From assembly GCA_027482225.1 (NCBI GenBank), contig JAIXWD010000005.1, forward strand, positions 64,957 to 128,956: a stretch of 64,000 bases of DNA. Direction: 5' to 3'. Source of the stretch: Bacteroidota bacterium. Its GTDB lineage: Bacteria; Bacteroidota; Bacteroidia; UKL13-3. The notes beneath the pieces were generated by a model. The model had not been told where the DNA came from, did not search any database, and saw only the letters and a list, made by a program, of their open reading frames with translations. The position numbers were made by a program, and so were the translations under genes. Below, one piece after another: positions 61,786-64,000 of the stretch (position 1 is the first letter of the stretch; each line of letters begins with the position of its first letter).

Positions 61786-61816
61786 CAAATATATAACCAT
61801 TGAATGAGCCTACAAA
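61786..61816 (-). promoter_or_regulatory. Consensus Bacteroidota promoter (TTTG-N19-TATATTTG) for the E1 gene
   Basis: Minus strand tttg (61816-61813), 19-nt spacer, then tatatttg (61793-61786). Confidence 0.7.
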
Positions 61817-61869
61817 ATGACTTTGATAACTCACTATTTAAGTGTTAAGTTTATTTTAAGGGCAAAAGG

Positions 61870-61900
61870 TTTGCAATTACAAATAGCTTGTGTAAATTCG
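61870..61900 (+). promoter_or_regulatory. Putative promoter (TTTG-N19-TAAATTCG) for the DUF1573 genes
   Basis: tttg at 61870-61873 and taaattcg at 61893-61900 (one mismatch to consensus). Confidence 0.5.
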
Positions 61901-61972
61901 AGGTTCCATTTTGAGTGTTTCTCTTTTTGGAACAGTTTTTGAAAACTTAAAAGAAAATTTAAATAAAACAAT

Positions 61973-62407
61973 ATGAAAAAGTTAATAATTACCGCATTTG
62001 TAGCTGTTAGCGCTGCATTCGTTTCAAATTCTCAAACCGTTGCTCCGCAAAAACCGGTTGACAAAAATGTCCCTGTTATCACTTTCGAAAAAGAAACTCA
62101 CGACTTTGGTGTAATTCCTCAAAGTGTGCCAGCTACATATACATTTGTGGTAACAAACACAGGTAAATCAGATTTAATTATTTTTAATGCTGCTGCTAGT
62201 TGTGGATGTACAACACCTGAATTTACAAAAGAGAAAATTGCTCCTGGTAAAAAAGGTTTTATAAAAGCAACATACAATGCCGCAAGCCCAGGTGCATTTA
62301 TGAAAACCGTTACTGTAACCTCAAACGCAAGTCGCGATATGGTTACTTTAACTTTAAAAGGTGAAGTAAAAGGCGCTGCTGCTCCTGCAGCAACTCCCTC
62401 AAACTAA
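61973..62407 (+). CDS. DUF1573-domain exported protein
   Basis: HDFG.I, F...NTG...L.I, ASCGCTTP and I.PG motifs. Signal peptide. Confidence 0.88.
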   Translation: MKKLIITAFVAVSAAFVSNSQTVAPQKPVDKNVPVITFEKETHDFGVIPQSVPATYTFVVTNTGKSDLIIFNAAASCGCTTPEFTKEKIAPGKKGFIKATYNAASPGAFMKTVTVTSNASRDMVTLTLKGEVKGAAAPAATPSN

Positions 62408-62429
62408 TTAATTTTAATATTTTAAGACA

Positions 62430-62461
62430 AACCTGTAGGCATAATACCTACAGGTTATTTT
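62430..62461 (+). terminator. Intergenic hairpin (weak terminator or mRNA-stability element)
   Basis: aacctgtagg-cataata-cctacaggtt followed by atttt. Confidence 0.55.
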
Positions 62462-62471
62462 ATATCTGTAC

Positions 62472-62897
62472 ATGAAAAAAATATTCGCAACGCTGGTGGT
62501 ATTGTTTATTGTTTTAGGTGTTAATGCCCAATCCAATGCAAATGATACCATGCCTGTAATTAAGTTTGAAAAAATTGAGCACAATTTTGGCAAAATAAAA
62601 GAAGGAACACTTGCAACTTATTCTTTTGTATTTGAAAACACTGGAAAAACTGCTTTAATTTTAAGCAATGTTCAAGCCAGTTGTGGTTGTACCACACCAG
62701 AATGGCCAAAAGAACCAATAATGGCAGGTAAAAAGGCTACCATAAAAGCTGCTTATAACTCTTACGGTAGGCCAGGTGCTTTTCACAAGGTTATTACGGT
62801 TAAGTCTAATGCTGGTGCTGATATTGTGCTGAGTATAAAGGGGGAGGTTTTAGTAAACACACCCGAACCTGTTTCTCCAGTTAGAAACAATAACTAG
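62472..62897 (+). CDS. DUF1573-domain exported protein (paralog)
   Basis: HNFGKI, FENTG, QASCGCTTPEW and K.ITV.SNA motifs. Confidence 0.88.
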   Translation: MKKIFATLVVLFIVLGVNAQSNANDTMPVIKFEKIEHNFGKIKEGTLATYSFVFENTGKTALILSNVQASCGCTTPEWPKEPIMAGKKATIKAAYNSYGRPGAFHKVITVKSNAGADIVLSIKGEVLVNTPEPVSPVRNNN

Positions 62898-62920
62898 AAG
62901 AAAAAAACTATCGATATACA

Positions 62921-62958
62921 CAAAACGCCTTGCACATTTTAGCAAGGCGTTTTGTTTT
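62921..62958 (+). terminator. Intrinsic terminator
   Basis: caaaacgccttgc-acatttta-gcaaggcgttttg followed by tttt. Confidence 0.82.
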
Positions 62959-62980
62959 ATGTATTAGAGTATTACTTTTG
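62951..62980 (+). promoter_or_regulatory. Putative promoter (TTTG-N18-TACTTTTG) for ald, overlapping the terminator tail
   Basis: tttg at 62951-62954 and tacttttg at 62973-62980. ATG at 63008. Confidence 0.55.
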
Positions 62981-63007
62981 CTCACCTTTTAAAAAAAACA
63001 TATTATT

Positions 63008-64000
63008 ATGATTATAGGAGTTCCTAAAGAAATTAAGAATAACGAAAATCGCGTAGGTTTAACACCTGCAGGCGTTTCGGCATTGGTAAAAGCAGGTCAC
63101 CAATTATTTGTTCAAGCTACAGCAGGCAATGGCAGTGGTATTAAAGATGAAGAATACGTAACTGCTGGTGCTACCATCTTACCAACCATAGAAGATGTAT
63201 ATGGAAAAGCTGAGATGATTATAAAAGTTAAAGAGCCAATTGAATTAGAATATCCTTTGATTAAAGAAGGTCAATTGTTATTTACTTACTTTCACTTTGC
63301 TTCGCACGAACCATTAACAACTGCAATGATTAAGAGTAAAGCGGTATGCGTAGCATACGAAACCGTTGAAAAAACTGATCGCAGCTTACCGTTATTAACT
63401 CCAATGAGTGAAGTAGCAGGCCGTATGAGTGTTCAAGAAGGTGCAAAATACTTAGAGAAGCCTATGGGTGGACGTGGTATTTTATTAGGTGGCGTTCCCG
63501 GAGTTCGTCCTGCATCTGTATTGGTTTTAGGTGGTGGTATTGTGGGAACACAAGCTGCTAAAATGGCTGCAGGTTTGGGCGCTGATGTTACATTAATGGA
63601 TATTTCTTTACCCCGTTTACGTCAGTTAGATGATTTATTACCTGCCAATGTAAAAACGGTTTACTCAAACGAGTATAACATTCGCGAAGCGATTAAAACT
63701 TCTGATTTAATTGTAGGTGCAGTATTAATTCCAGGTGCAAAAGCTCCTTCGTTAATCACCAGAGATATGTTAAATACCATGCGTCCAGGTACAGTAATGG
63801 TTGATGTGGCTATTGATCAAGGTGGTTGCTTTGAAACATCTAAAGCTACTACACATCAAGATCCTATTTATGTAGTTGATAATGTAATACACTATTGCGT
63901 AGCTAATATGCCAGGTGCAGTTCCTTACACATCAACTTTAGCGCTAACCAACGCAACTTTACCATACGCTTTACAATTAGCAAATAAAGGTTGGAAAAAG
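63008..64000 (+). CDS. ald: Alanine dehydrogenase (runs off the window end; absent from the ORF track)
   Basis: Manual translation gives [22 protein letters not shown]...KVKEP...PMSEVAGR...LLGGVPGV...[13 protein letters not shown]...[12 protein letters not shown]. Confidence 0.95.
   Translation, partial: MIIGVPKEIKNNENRVGLTPAGVSALVKAGHQLFVQATAGNGSGIKDEEYVTAGATILPTIEDVYGKAEMIIKVKEPIELEYPLIKEGQLLFTYFHFASHEPLTTAMIKSKAVCVAYETVEKTDRSLPLLTPMSEVAGRMSVQEGAKYLEKPMGGRGILLGGVPGVRPASVLVLGGGIVGTQAAKMAAGLGADVTLMDISLPRLRQLDDLLPANVKTVYSNEYNIREAIKTSDLIVGAVLIPGAKAPSLITRDMLNTMRPGTVMVDVAIDQGGCFETSKATTHQDPIYVVDNVIHYCVANMPGAVPYTSTLALTNATLPYALQLANKGWKK

Noticed and set aside
1..64000. tRNA, rRNA, prophage, transposase or defence genes
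   Set aside because: None recognised. Nearly all the sequence is explained by housekeeping and envelope ORFs. A covariance-model scan was not possible.

Overview
AT-rich chromosomal segment from a Bacteroidota genome, inferred from T9SS-type proteins, TAnnTTTG promoters and the nadK-DUF6089-uppS-bamA-skp-skp gene order. It is mostly housekeeping and envelope genes: FKBP isomerases, pyrH/frr, a GT51 transglycosylase, membrane glycosyltransferases, mutL, a NagZ/serine-hydrolase fusion, bshA, a large T9SS type-B-CTD protein, an amidohydrolase pair, a Wzx/methyltransferase polysaccharide locus, three tandem PorG/DUF6089-like barrels, bamA, lnt, a fused 2-oxoacid dehydrogenase E1 and a truncated ald. 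I saw no rRNA, tRNA, CRISPR array, transposase or prophage. The most unusual signal is non-coding, at about 450-2110. Six copies of a 20-bp unit (consensus AACGWAGTTCAGCGGAGCTA) appear inserted at GA^A sites inside other small repeats: heptamer arrays and a ~150-bp inverted-repeat element. An apparent empty-site copy of that element lies in the same window. All family assignments come from motif recognition by eye, not database searches.
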